Source of the DNA: Verrucomicrobiota bacterium
GTDB lineage: Bacteria; Verrucomicrobiota; Verrucomicrobiia; Verrucomicrobiales; V1-33
NCBI GenBank assembly: GCA_039795165.1
Contig: JBDKER010000009.1
Location: forward strand, 19,699 to 83,698
Length of the DNA: 64,000 bases
Direction: 5' to 3'
In this document: piece after piece, positions 18,192 through 26,732 of the stretch
How the letters are laid out: every line of letters begins with the position of its first letter
Position numbering within the stretch: position 1 is the first letter of the stretch
Program-made: the position numbers and the translations under genes
The notes under the pieces: model-generated
Told to the model about the DNA's origin: nothing
Database searches by the model: none
What the model saw: the letters and a program-made list of their open reading frames with translations, nothing else

Positions 18192-18814
18192 GGGCTCCGG
18201 TGCCCCGCGGAAAGTTCGGCCGGGACGAAAACCCATGGCATGCCAGCGGCGCGGGCGGCGTCGATGCCCAGCTGGCCGTCTTCAAAGACGAGGCAGCGGG
18301 CGGGATCGGCCCCCATGCGTTCCGCGGCGAGCAGGAACATGTCGGGAGCCGGCTTGCCGCGGCGGACGTCCGCCGGAGTGATCACCGTGGCAAAAAGATG
18401 ATCGATCCCGAGGGCGCGCAGGGAATCGTGGACGATGCCTGCGTCACTGCCAGAAGCCACCGCCATGGGAAGCTGGCCATGGCCGGCCCGGGCGATGGCG
18501 ACGACTGGTTCGATGGCTTGGACCGTGTGGTGATGGGCGAGGTACCAGCGGACCTTGTCGGCCTCCACGGCTGCTGGATCGAGGCCCGTTCCAAAGCGTT
18601 CATTGAGGTCCGCCACGATGGCGACCCCCGGCATGCCAGCGTAGGCATGATGCATTTCCAGAGTGAAACCGTCCGGCGCAAAGTCATGCAGTGCGAGGGC
18701 GGCCCGCCATGCTTCGAGGTGGAGAGGCATGGAATCGACGAGGGTGCCATCGCAGTCGAAAATGTAGGCGTCGAAGGGTCCGTCCGGGAGGTGCAGCATG
18801 GCATTCCCCTGCAC
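18188..18814 (-). CDS. HAD-superfamily hydrolase (beta-phosphoglucomutase-like subfamily IA)
   Basis: YIFDCDGTLVDS (motif I), AVASGS (motif II), RGKPAPDMF and VFEDGQLGIDAARAAGM (motifs III/IV). An alternative start, MLHLPDG, is at 18799. Confidence 0.8.
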   Translation of the reverse strand: MQGNAMLHLPDGPFDAYIFDCDGTLVDSMPLHLEAWRAALALHDFAPDGFTLEMHHAYAGMPGVAIVADLNERFGTGLDPAAVEADKVRWYLAHHHTVQAIEPVVAIARAGHGQLPMAVASGSDAGIVHDSLRALGIDHLFATVITPADVRRGKPAPDMFLLAAERMGADPARCLVFEDGQLGIDAARAAGMPWVFVPAELSAGHRSP

Positions 18815-19059
18815 GGACGGGGGCGGCAGGAAAGCGCAAACCCCGGCGGGAATGGCGCGCCCTTGCCCGTCCTACGGATGCACTGGACAATGGTATGGCG
18901 TGTGCTTGGATCGGATCATCAGCATGTTCCGCATGTCCGACAGCATTCCGATGATCAGACCAGCCGGTAGGTCCGGCGCGACGAGGCGTCCTGCACGCCA
19001 TCGCGGCTGATTGTCCGGGGGGCGTTTCCCCGGAAGGGGCGTCCGCTGTCCATTGTCCC

Positions 19060-21006
19060 ATGAACGCCAACGATTCCTCCGCGCATTCCTCCCGACTCTG
19101 GCTGCTCATTCTGGGCGCTCTGGGCATCGTCTTCGGGGACATTGGCACCAGTCCGCTCTATGCCATGCGGGAATGCTTCACGGAGCTGCACGGCACCGGG
19201 ACGTCGCAGGAACTGAAGGTTGTCCTTGATGTGCGCGAGCATGTCCTCGGCGTGCTTTCGCTTATCATCTGGACGATCACGCTGATGATCACGCTCAAGT
19301 ACGTGGTGCTGGTGATGCGGGCGGACAAGCAGGGAGAAGGCGGGATTCTGGCGCTGCTGTGCGTGGCCTTTCCCGAGCGCCGCGGCAAGTACCGTTCCGG
19401 GACGGCCCTCCTCATGGTGAGTCTCGGCATCTTCGGGGCTGCGCTGCTGTACGGCGATGGGATCATCACGCCGGCGATTTCCGTGCTGTCGGCGGTGGAG
19501 ACGCTCAATGACACGCCGATGAAGCCGTACATTGTCCCGATCACCATCGCCATCCTCGTGGCCCTCTTCTCTGTGCAGCGGCTCGGCACCGGAAAAGTCG
19601 GAGTCGCCTTCGGTCCCATCACTCTGCTGTGGTTTCTGACCCTCGCCCTGCTGGGCGTCCGGTGGATTCTCGAACCCCGGCCCGTCGGTGCACCTTCGGT
19701 TTTCGCCGCCTTCAATCCGCTGCTTGGCCTCAAGCTACTCATGATCGACAGTCATACCTCCATCAAGGTGCTGTCAGGCGTGTTTCTGACCGTGACGGGA
19801 GGCGAAGCGCTTTATGCGGACATGGGGCATTTCGGTCGGCGTCCGATTTCGCTGGCGTGGGTGTGGCTTGTGAAGCCGGCTCTGCTGCTGAACTATCTGG
19901 GGCAGGGAGCCTTTCTGCTGCATCACCCGGAAGCCATTGAGAATCCGCTCAAGAACATGACACCGGAATGGGGACAGATTCCGCTGACCGTGCTGGCGAC
20001 CCTTGCGACCGTGATTGCTTCGCAGGCACTCATTTCCGGTGTGTTTTCCCTGACCATGCAGGCCGTCCAGCTCGGCTATCTTCCGAGGACGCGCATTCAG
20101 CATACGTCCTCGCAGGAAAAGGGTCAGATCTACATCAGCCGGGTCAACTGGGCGCTCATGGCCGGCTGCATTGCGCTCGTGGCAGGCTACGGGTCCTCGC
20201 AGCGGCTCGCTGCCGCCTATGGCATTGCCGTGGCACTGACCATGCTGGTGACCACGATTCTGCTGTACTTCGCGGCGCGGCGTCAGTGGGAATGGTCGGC
20301 TCCGAAGACCCTGCTCGCCATTGCCGGACTGGTCGTGCTCAGTGCCGTCTTCGTCTTTGCCAATGCGCTCAAGTTCTTCCATGGCGGCTGGATTCCGGTG
20401 ACGATCGGAATTGGACTCTTTGCGGTCATGATGACATGGAAGGAAGGACGGCGGCACCTCGGAGCGAGGCTCGCCGAGCAGGCCTTGCCGCTCGACGATT
20501 TCCTCACGAGCATCGAGCGCGGCACCAAGGTCGCCCGGGTGCCCGGAACGGCGGTCTTCATGTCCGGTACGAGCGGGCTCACGCCGACCGCCCTGCTGCA
20601 CAATCTGAAGCACAACAAGGTCCTGCACGAACGCATTGTCTTCCTGACGATCGAAAACGAGAAAGTGCCGTACATTCCGGCAGCGCAGCGGGTTGTGCTC
20701 GACTGCATCGCTCCCGGTGTGCAGGGCGGACACGGAGTCTGGCGCGTCGTGGGGCATTATGGGTTCATGGAGCAACCCGATATTCAGGAAATGATGCGGC
20801 TCTGCGGGGATCAGGGCCTGAAGCTCGATCCCATGCAGACGAGCTTCTTCCTCGGGCGCGAGACTGTGATTCCCGGCAATCGGTACTTTGCGCCGTGGCG
20901 GGCGAAGCTTTTTGCTCTGCTTTCGCGGAACGCACAGAGTGCCGTCGCCTATTACAACATTCCTCCTGGCAGAGTCGTCGAATTTGGCATTCAGATCGAA
21001 CTCTGA
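19060..21006 (+). CDS. kup: KUP/HAK/KT family potassium transporter
   Basis: LGALGIVFGDIGTSPLYAMRECF signature, about 12 TM helices, and a C-terminal cytoplasmic domain ending ...PPGRVVEFGIQIEL. Confidence 0.95.
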   Translation: MNANDSSAHSSRLWLLILGALGIVFGDIGTSPLYAMRECFTELHGTGTSQELKVVLDVREHVLGVLSLIIWTITLMITLKYVVLVMRADKQGEGGILALLCVAFPERRGKYRSGTALLMVSLGIFGAALLYGDGIITPAISVLSAVETLNDTPMKPYIVPITIAILVALFSVQRLGTGKVGVAFGPITLLWFLTLALLGVRWILEPRPVGAPSVFAAFNPLLGLKLLMIDSHTSIKVLSGVFLTVTGGEALYADMGHFGRRPISLAWVWLVKPALLLNYLGQGAFLLHHPEAIENPLKNMTPEWGQIPLTVLATLATVIASQALISGVFSLTMQAVQLGYLPRTRIQHTSSQEKGQIYISRVNWALMAGCIALVAGYGSSQRLAAAYGIAVALTMLVTTILLYFAARRQWEWSAPKTLLAIAGLVVLSAVFVFANALKFFHGGWIPVTIGIGLFAVMMTWKEGRRHLGARLAEQALPLDDFLTSIERGTKVARVPGTAVFMSGTSGLTPTALLHNLKHNKVLHERIVFLTIENEKVPYIPAAQRVVLDCIAPGVQGGHGVWRVVGHYGFMEQPDIQEMMRLCGDQGLKLDPMQTSFFLGRETVIPGNRYFAPWRAKLFALLSRNAQSAVAYYNIPPGRVVEFGIQIEL

Positions 21007-21044
21007 CATTGATTTCCCGCATTCCCCCGGCCTTTTTCCCTGAC

Positions 21045-21743
21045 ATGAACCGATTCCGATTTCTGGCGCTGCTGCTTGTCTGTCTGCCTGTGGCCGTGTC
21101 CGCGCAGGAGGCGGGCGGGGATGAAATGTCCGCCGAGCAGGTCATTGACCGCGTGCTCATGAGCCGGGCCCTTCAGAATGCCGAGGAACTGAAGGGAAGC
21201 TTCAGCAAGGGGAAGACGACCGTCCCGTTCACGATCCGGCTCGACAAGGACCTCATCCGGTTCACGTTTGATAAGCCGAAGCAGGTCATCAGTCTCAATG
21301 TGACCGAGAAGGGGGCGCGGCTGACCGAGGAAGTGGCCGGGGGCAAGGCCCAACCTGTGGCGACCAAGCGCTATGCGGAAGGCGTGCGCGGCACCGATCT
21401 GAGCTACGACGACCTTTCGCAGCGGTTTCTGTACTGGCCGAAGAAGGTGCGGGCGGGCACGGAAACCATCCAGACGCGCAAGTGCGATGTCGTCGACCTC
21501 TACAATCCCGACAACCTCGGCGAATACTATCTGGTGAGGGTGTTTGCGGACCGGGAATCGGGCGGCATGCTGCGCATGATGGGGTACGACCGCGGCGGAA
21601 AGCTCATCAAGACCTGCGCGGTGACTTCCGGAATGAAGCTGAAGAGCGGGGCCACCGTGCTCAAGAGCATGGAGATTCTGCGGCATGAAGCCGGCAGCCG
21701 GAAGGTGGCCGGGGAAACGACCCTTGAGCTGCGCAAGCCCTGA
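21045..21743 (+). CDS. LolA-like outer-membrane lipoprotein-sorting family protein
   Basis: Signal peptide MNRFRFLALLLVCLPVAVSAQE. The GTDLSYDDLSQRFLYWP motif is typical of LolA_like proteins. Only the last 232 codons of track ORF 19968-21743 are used, because the rest overlaps kup out of frame. Confidence 0.55.
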   Translation: MNRFRFLALLLVCLPVAVSAQEAGGDEMSAEQVIDRVLMSRALQNAEELKGSFSKGKTTVPFTIRLDKDLIRFTFDKPKQVISLNVTEKGARLTEEVAGGKAQPVATKRYAEGVRGTDLSYDDLSQRFLYWPKKVRAGTETIQTRKCDVVDLYNPDNLGEYYLVRVFADRESGGMLRMMGYDRGGKLIKTCAVTSGMKLKSGATVLKSMEILRHEAGSRKVAGETTLELRKP

Positions 21744-21802
21744 GGGGTACAGGTCGTGAGTCCCCTTGCACCGCGCTTGCCCTCCGGCACGGTGGCGGGC
21801 TC

Positions 21803-23551
21803 ATGACGATTCCAGAATATCTCGGGCAGCAGTTGAACAAGGCCCTTGTGGCCGCGGGTCTCGATCTGCCTGATGGGTTCCGCGCCACGGTGACGCCGGC
21901 TGCGGACACGCGCTTCGGCGATTACCAGACGAACGCAGCCATGGTGCTTGCGAAGCCCCTGCGGACCAATCCGCGCGCCCTTGCCCAGCAGATTGCGGAC
22001 GTCATCGACACGGAAGGCCTCACGGAAACACCGACGGTGGCCGGGGCCGGTTTTCTGAACTTCACGATCCGTCCGGCCGCGCTGGCCGACCGCATGGCGG
22101 CCCTGCTGAACGACGACCGGCTCGGCGTGGCGCTTCAGGATCCACGGACGATTGTCATCGATTTCTCAGCCCCCAATGTGGCCAAGCAGATGCATGTGGG
22201 TCACATCCGGAGTACGATCATCGGCGACTGCCTTGCGCGCACCGCGAGGTTTCTGGGTCACCGGGTCATTACGGACAATCACATTGGCGACTGGGGCACG
22301 CAGTTCGGCATGGTGCTGTACGGATGGAAGCGGGAACTGAACCGCGAGGCTCTCGCTCACGATCCCATCCGGGAACTGCTGCGGCTCTACAAGGCAGTGA
22401 ATGCCGAATCCAAGGCCGAGGAAGATGCGAAGGAACGCGGGGAACGGAACGACACGCCCACCCGGGACGCCTGCAAGGCCGAGTTGGTCCGCCTCCAGGC
22501 CGGCGACCCCGAAAACCTCGCCATCTGGAAGCAATGTGTCGAAGTTTCGCTCGAAGGATTGTCGGCGGTCTACGGTAAACTTGATGTGACCTTCGACCAT
22601 TTCCTTGGCGAAAGTCATTACAATGCGGCCCTGCCTGGCGTGGTGCAGGAACTGCTCGCGAAGGGGATTGCGCGGGAAAGCGAAGGTGCGGTCTGCGTCT
22701 TCTTCGATGACATTCCCGCCCTCGCGGACAAGGCCCCGTTCATTGTGCGGAAATCCGACGGAGGCTATGGCTATGCGACCACAGATGTGGCCACCGTGCT
22801 GCACCGCGTGCAGGAATGGAAAGCCGATGAAATCTGGTACGTGGTCGGAGCGCCCCAGGCACTCCACTTCGAACAACTCTTCGCAACCGTCCGCCGCATG
22901 GGCCTGCAGCCGGTCATGCAGCACATCGCCTTCGGCAGCATTCTCGGAGCCGACGGCCGCATGATGAAGACACGCAGCGGCGAAAGCGTCGGCCTCCTCG
23001 AAGTCCTCGAAGAAGCCGAGGAACGCGCCCGCGCCACTGTCGAGGAAAAGAATCCCGACCTTTCCCCCGAGGAAAAGGCCGCCATCGCCACGGCCGTCGG
23101 CATCGGTGCCGTCAAATACCAGGAACTCAGCCAGGGCCGCCTCACGGATTACAAGTTTGTCTGGGACAAGATGCTCGCCTTTCAGGGGAATACGGCCCCG
23201 TACCTCCAGTACAGCTATGTGCGGACCCGGTCGATTTTCCGGAAACTCGAAGGGACCGCCGACTTGGCGGGTCCATACGAACTGAGTCAGCCCGAGGAAC
23301 GCGAACTCGCCCTCCTGCTGAGCCGCTACGCGGAAGCCGTGCCCGCCGTCCTCGAGGATTTCCGCCCGAACGTCCTTGCAGGCTATGTCTACGATGTGGC
23401 GCGCGCCTTCCATTCGTTTTTCGAAGCCTGTCCCGTGCTCCGCGCCGAGGGATCGGTCCGGGCCACCCGGCTGGCCCTCTGCGAACTGACTTCCCGCGTC
23501 CTCCGCAGCGGACTCGACCTCCTTGGCATCCGGGTCACTGAACGCATGTGA
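21803..23551 (+). CDS. argS: arginine--tRNA ligase
   Basis: FGDYQTNAAM, SAPNVAKQMHVGHIRSTIIGD (HIGH-type motif), MMKTRSG (KMSK-type motif), and a C-terminal DALR anticodon-binding pattern ending ...GIRVTERM. Confidence 0.95.
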   Translation: MTIPEYLGQQLNKALVAAGLDLPDGFRATVTPAADTRFGDYQTNAAMVLAKPLRTNPRALAQQIADVIDTEGLTETPTVAGAGFLNFTIRPAALADRMAALLNDDRLGVALQDPRTIVIDFSAPNVAKQMHVGHIRSTIIGDCLARTARFLGHRVITDNHIGDWGTQFGMVLYGWKRELNREALAHDPIRELLRLYKAVNAESKAEEDAKERGERNDTPTRDACKAELVRLQAGDPENLAIWKQCVEVSLEGLSAVYGKLDVTFDHFLGESHYNAALPGVVQELLAKGIARESEGAVCVFFDDIPALADKAPFIVRKSDGGYGYATTDVATVLHRVQEWKADEIWYVVGAPQALHFEQLFATVRRMGLQPVMQHIAFGSILGADGRMMKTRSGESVGLLEVLEEAEERARATVEEKNPDLSPEEKAAIATAVGIGAVKYQELSQGRLTDYKFVWDKMLAFQGNTAPYLQYSYVRTRSIFRKLEGTADLAGPYELSQPEERELALLLSRYAEAVPAVLEDFRPNVLAGYVYDVARAFHSFFEACPVLRAEGSVRATRLALCELTSRVLRSGLDLLGIRVTERM

Positions 23552-23657
23552 GCGGTCCGGCCGCCCGCGGAACTGCCTGATGGAAAAGCTTGCCGAATTC
23601 CGCGGCTGCGGCCACATTTGCCAGATAGAGAATCCCACGACCCACGCTTTTGCCGAG

Positions 23658-25118
23658 ATGAAAAAATTCCCATTTCCCCTGACTGTGCTGTTTGCTGCTG
23701 CCGGGCTGTCCCTTTGCGGGATGGCTCATGCGCAGGAAGCCGCCGCGTTCCGCCGATTCACCCTGAATGACGGCAAGACCTTCTACGCCGTGATCACGGC
23801 CAAGTCGTCGACTTCCGTCACCTTCAAGCTGCAGAATGGAAAGACGAGCACACAGCCGATGCGCGCCCTCAGCGAGCCGGATGCTCAATTCGTGCGCAAG
23901 TGGACGAAGTTCAAGGATGACCTTCTCAACAACGCGGAGTTCGCCTCGCTCACGGTCAAGGAAATGCTGGAACTGCGCGGCTACCAGTCATTCGAGTTCG
24001 ACATTGAGGGAAATCATATTTTCGTGGACGGCGAAGTCGGCGGCAAGAACATGCGCTTCATGATCGATACCGGAGCGCATTCGTCGATCATTCACGATGG
24101 TTCGGCCAAGGAGGCGGGGCTTGAGATCGGGCCATACGATCAGGAAATCCGCGGGGTGGCGGGATCGCAGAAGGCGGCGGTGACCCGCATCAGTGTGCTC
24201 AAGCTCGGCGATACCGTGGTCGAGAACCGCAAGTTGCTCGCCACGGACTTCATTCCCATCGGCGGCGGGCCCGGGCAATTTGAAGTGATCTTCGGAGCGG
24301 ACTTCCTGCGCGAACTCGATGCGGTCATCAGCTACCGCGAAGGCCGGATCTTTCTGAAGCCGGACAACATCGTGAAGAAGGGCGCGCCCGCCGGCAAGCC
24401 TGCCGATGCGGCGACGGCACCGAAGGCGGATTTCCGCCGCTGGACGAGTTCGGATGGCACGAAGAACTTCCAAGCCGCCCTCGTCGACAAGACGGAAAAG
24501 GACGCCACCTTCCGCATGCAGGGCGATAAGCTCGTGAAGCTGGAACTCGACAAGCTCAGCGAAGGCGACCGCGAAGTGGTCGCCAAATGGAGCAAGCTGC
24601 GCGACGATCTCGCCAAGAATCCCGAGTGGCGCACGCTAACGGTCAAGGAACTCCTCGAACTGCGGACGTACCAGTCTTTCGAGTACCGTCTCGAGGGCAA
24701 TCACATCCTCGTCGATGGCAAGATCGGCGACACGAAGACCCGCTTCCTCATCGACACTGGTGCCCATTCCTGCACGATGGACTACAAGTTCGCCAAGGAA
24801 ATCGCCAAACTCGAAGTCGGCGAACTCGGCGAGACAAAGATCCGCGGCATTGGCGGGGAAGCGCCCGCCGCCTTCACGAAGATTCCCGTGATCACCCTCG
24901 GCGAGGCCGTCATCCGCGAGCGCCAGGCTGTCAGCGCTGAAATCCACAAGCGGGCCATCGGTGGGGAAGGGAATCACGACGCCCTCTTTGGTGCCGAATT
25001 CCTCCGCGAACTCGACGCCGTCATCAATTACAAGGAAGGCCGCATGTTCCTCAAGCCGGACAACTCGGACAAGGAAGAAGGCAAAAAGGAAGCCAAGCCG
25101 GAAAAGGAAAGCATCTGA
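23658..25118 (+). CDS. secreted protein with two tandem (SHD1-like domain + retropepsin-like aspartic protease domain) modules
   Basis: Signal peptide MKKFPFPLTVLFAAAGLSLCGMAHA. Two ~235-aa internal repeats are visible by eye: FRRFTLNDGKTF.../FRRWTSSDGTKNF...; LTVKEMLELRGYQSFEF.../LTVKELLELRTYQSFEY...; FMIDTGAHSS/FLIDTGAHSC; FGADFLRELDAVISYREGRIFLKPDN/FGAEFLRELDAVINYKEGRMFLKPDN. Confidence 0.7.
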   Translation: MKKFPFPLTVLFAAAGLSLCGMAHAQEAAAFRRFTLNDGKTFYAVITAKSSTSVTFKLQNGKTSTQPMRALSEPDAQFVRKWTKFKDDLLNNAEFASLTVKEMLELRGYQSFEFDIEGNHIFVDGEVGGKNMRFMIDTGAHSSIIHDGSAKEAGLEIGPYDQEIRGVAGSQKAAVTRISVLKLGDTVVENRKLLATDFIPIGGGPGQFEVIFGADFLRELDAVISYREGRIFLKPDNIVKKGAPAGKPADAATAPKADFRRWTSSDGTKNFQAALVDKTEKDATFRMQGDKLVKLELDKLSEGDREVVAKWSKLRDDLAKNPEWRTLTVKELLELRTYQSFEYRLEGNHILVDGKIGDTKTRFLIDTGAHSCTMDYKFAKEIAKLEVGELGETKIRGIGGEAPAAFTKIPVITLGEAVIRERQAVSAEIHKRAIGGEGNHDALFGAEFLRELDAVINYKEGRMFLKPDNSDKEEGKKEAKPEKESI

Positions 25119-25155
25119 GTCCGGCTTCCAAAGCGGAGACAATTCATCAGAACGG

Positions 25156-25196
25156 AAAACCCCGGCGGACGACTCGATCCGCCGGGGTTTTTCTTT
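25156..25196. terminator. bidirectional intrinsic terminator between convergent genes
   Basis: AAAACCCCGGCGGA-cgactcga-TCCGCCGGGGTTTTTCTTT. The GC stem is perfect and is flanked by an A-run and a T-run, so it can terminate both strands. Confidence 0.8.
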
Positions 25197-25224
25197 GGAA
25201 GGAATGCGGCTCGGCCGAGCGCTG

Positions 25225-26595
25225 TCACACGGGGCTGAGGGCGGCCCATTCGGGGCGCCATGTGGCGGGGCGGACCATGGCGGTGGCGGCGTCGTTGCCA
25301 GCGAATTTCAGGGCGGCGGCGTCGTAGCTGAGGCGCTCGCCTGGGAAGCGGGTGGCGATGACGCCGAGCAGACCGATTTCCGAAAGGGCTCCGCCGTATT
25401 CGAAGGGGGAACCGGCGGGCTTTCCGGCGCGCACGGCATCGAGCCAGTCCTGCTGATGGTTGCCATCGCGCACGCGGGGAATCGTTTCGTCAGGCTTCTT
25501 CACATCGCGTGCCTTCTGCACGGGAATGATGCGCCAGCCGCCGGCTCCGTGGGATCCGTGCATGATCTTGCCCTTGTCGCCGATGAGCACGGCACCGGTC
25601 CCGACGACTTTGCGGCCCTGGCCTTCTTCTTCGAGTTCTGCGGGCGAAGGGATGCTGAATTCGCCATCGTGCCAGATGAGGCGGACGGCCGGGCGCGATC
25701 CCGCGGCGGGGAATTCAAAGGTGATGCGTGTGCCTTTCGGATAATATAGGGCGTGCTTCTCGGGGTTGTAATCCTTGCTGACTTCCGCGGTGATGGCCGT
25801 GGGCATGCCCAGTTCAAGGGCCCAGAAGGAAGGATCGACCACGTGACAGATCCAGTCTCCGATGCAGCCGCCGCCATAGGCCATGTGCCCGCGCCAGTTG
25901 AAGGGCAGGAACTGGGGATGGTAGGTACGCTGGGCCACCGGGCCCTGCCAGAGTTCCCAGTCGAGTTCCCTGGGGACTTCCGGAGCCTGTGTCAGTTCGG
26001 CGTCGCGGTCCTGCTGTGCGTAGACATCCTTGAAGGCGTCGCATCCGCAGTGAATTTCCGTGACATTGCCGATCGCTCCGGAACGCACCATTTCCACGAG
26101 TCCGCGGATACTGCCGGACGAATGCCCCTGATTGCCTACCTGGGTCACGAGGTTCTTCTCGGCGGCAATCCGGCGCAGCGCCCGCAGTTCCGCCACGCTG
26201 TGCGCGAGTGGCTTCTCGCAGTAGACATGCTTGCCCAGCCGCATGGCCGCCATGGAAGCCGTGAAGTGCGTGTGATCCGGCGTCGCCACGAGGACCGCAT
26301 CAATGCGGTCTGCCATCTCGTCGAACATCTTCCGGAAATCGCGGAAGCGCTTCGCCTGCGGATGCTTTCCGAAGCTGTCCGCCGCCCGGCGGTCATCGAC
26401 ATCGCACAGGGCGACCACATCCTCGTGGGCCATGCCCCCCAGGTCGGCTCCGCCTTGGCCACCGCAGCCAATCACCGCCAGCTGGATCCGGTTGTTGGGC
26501 GTTTCCTGTTTTCCCTGCGCACGCAGTACCCCCGGTCGCACAATCTGAAATCCAAAGGCAGCAGCGGCAGGAAGAAAAGTTCGGCGTTTCATCAT
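25225..26595 (-). CDS. Gfo/Idh/MocA family oxidoreductase with TAT signal
   Basis: MMKRRTFLPAAAAFGFQIV signal, LAVIGCGGQGGADL Rossmann motif, VLVATPDHTH, and EKPLAHSVAE typical of the family. Confidence 0.85.
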   Translation of the reverse strand: MMKRRTFLPAAAAFGFQIVRPGVLRAQGKQETPNNRIQLAVIGCGGQGGADLGGMAHEDVVALCDVDDRRAADSFGKHPQAKRFRDFRKMFDEMADRIDAVLVATPDHTHFTASMAAMRLGKHVYCEKPLAHSVAELRALRRIAAEKNLVTQVGNQGHSSGSIRGLVEMVRSGAIGNVTEIHCGCDAFKDVYAQQDRDAELTQAPEVPRELDWELWQGPVAQRTYHPQFLPFNWRGHMAYGGGCIGDWICHVVDPSFWALELGMPTAITAEVSKDYNPEKHALYYPKGTRITFEFPAAGSRPAVRLIWHDGEFSIPSPAELEEEGQGRKVVGTGAVLIGDKGKIMHGSHGAGGWRIIPVQKARDVKKPDETIPRVRDGNHQQDWLDAVRAGKPAGSPFEYGGALSEIGLLGVIATRFPGERLSYDAAALKFAGNDAATAMVRPATWRPEWAALSPV

Positions 26596-26732
26596 GGTCC
26601 ATCAACTGCCGGATCGCCCGTCTCATGGCAATACCGCATTGCCGGGGGTGACCCGGAAAGTTTGCCGGGCCACCTGCTCGCTTCGTCCGGATCTGCGGCG
26701 GGACTGCGCCTTCTGCGGAGGGCACTATCGGC

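Noticed and set aside
18815-19059. 245-nt region upstream of kup examined for a c-di-AMP (ydaO-type) or other riboswitch
   Set aside because: I could not recognise the conserved ydaO sequence blocks or a convincing pseudo-symmetric fold by eye. The region is also a divergent promoter spacer. A covariance-model scan (Rfam/Infernal) would be needed to decide.
19968-21044. Upstream 359 codons of track ORF 19968-21743
   Set aside because: They overlap kup in a different frame and have Arg/Ala-rich shadow composition. The real gene starts at the ATG at 21045 with a signal peptide.
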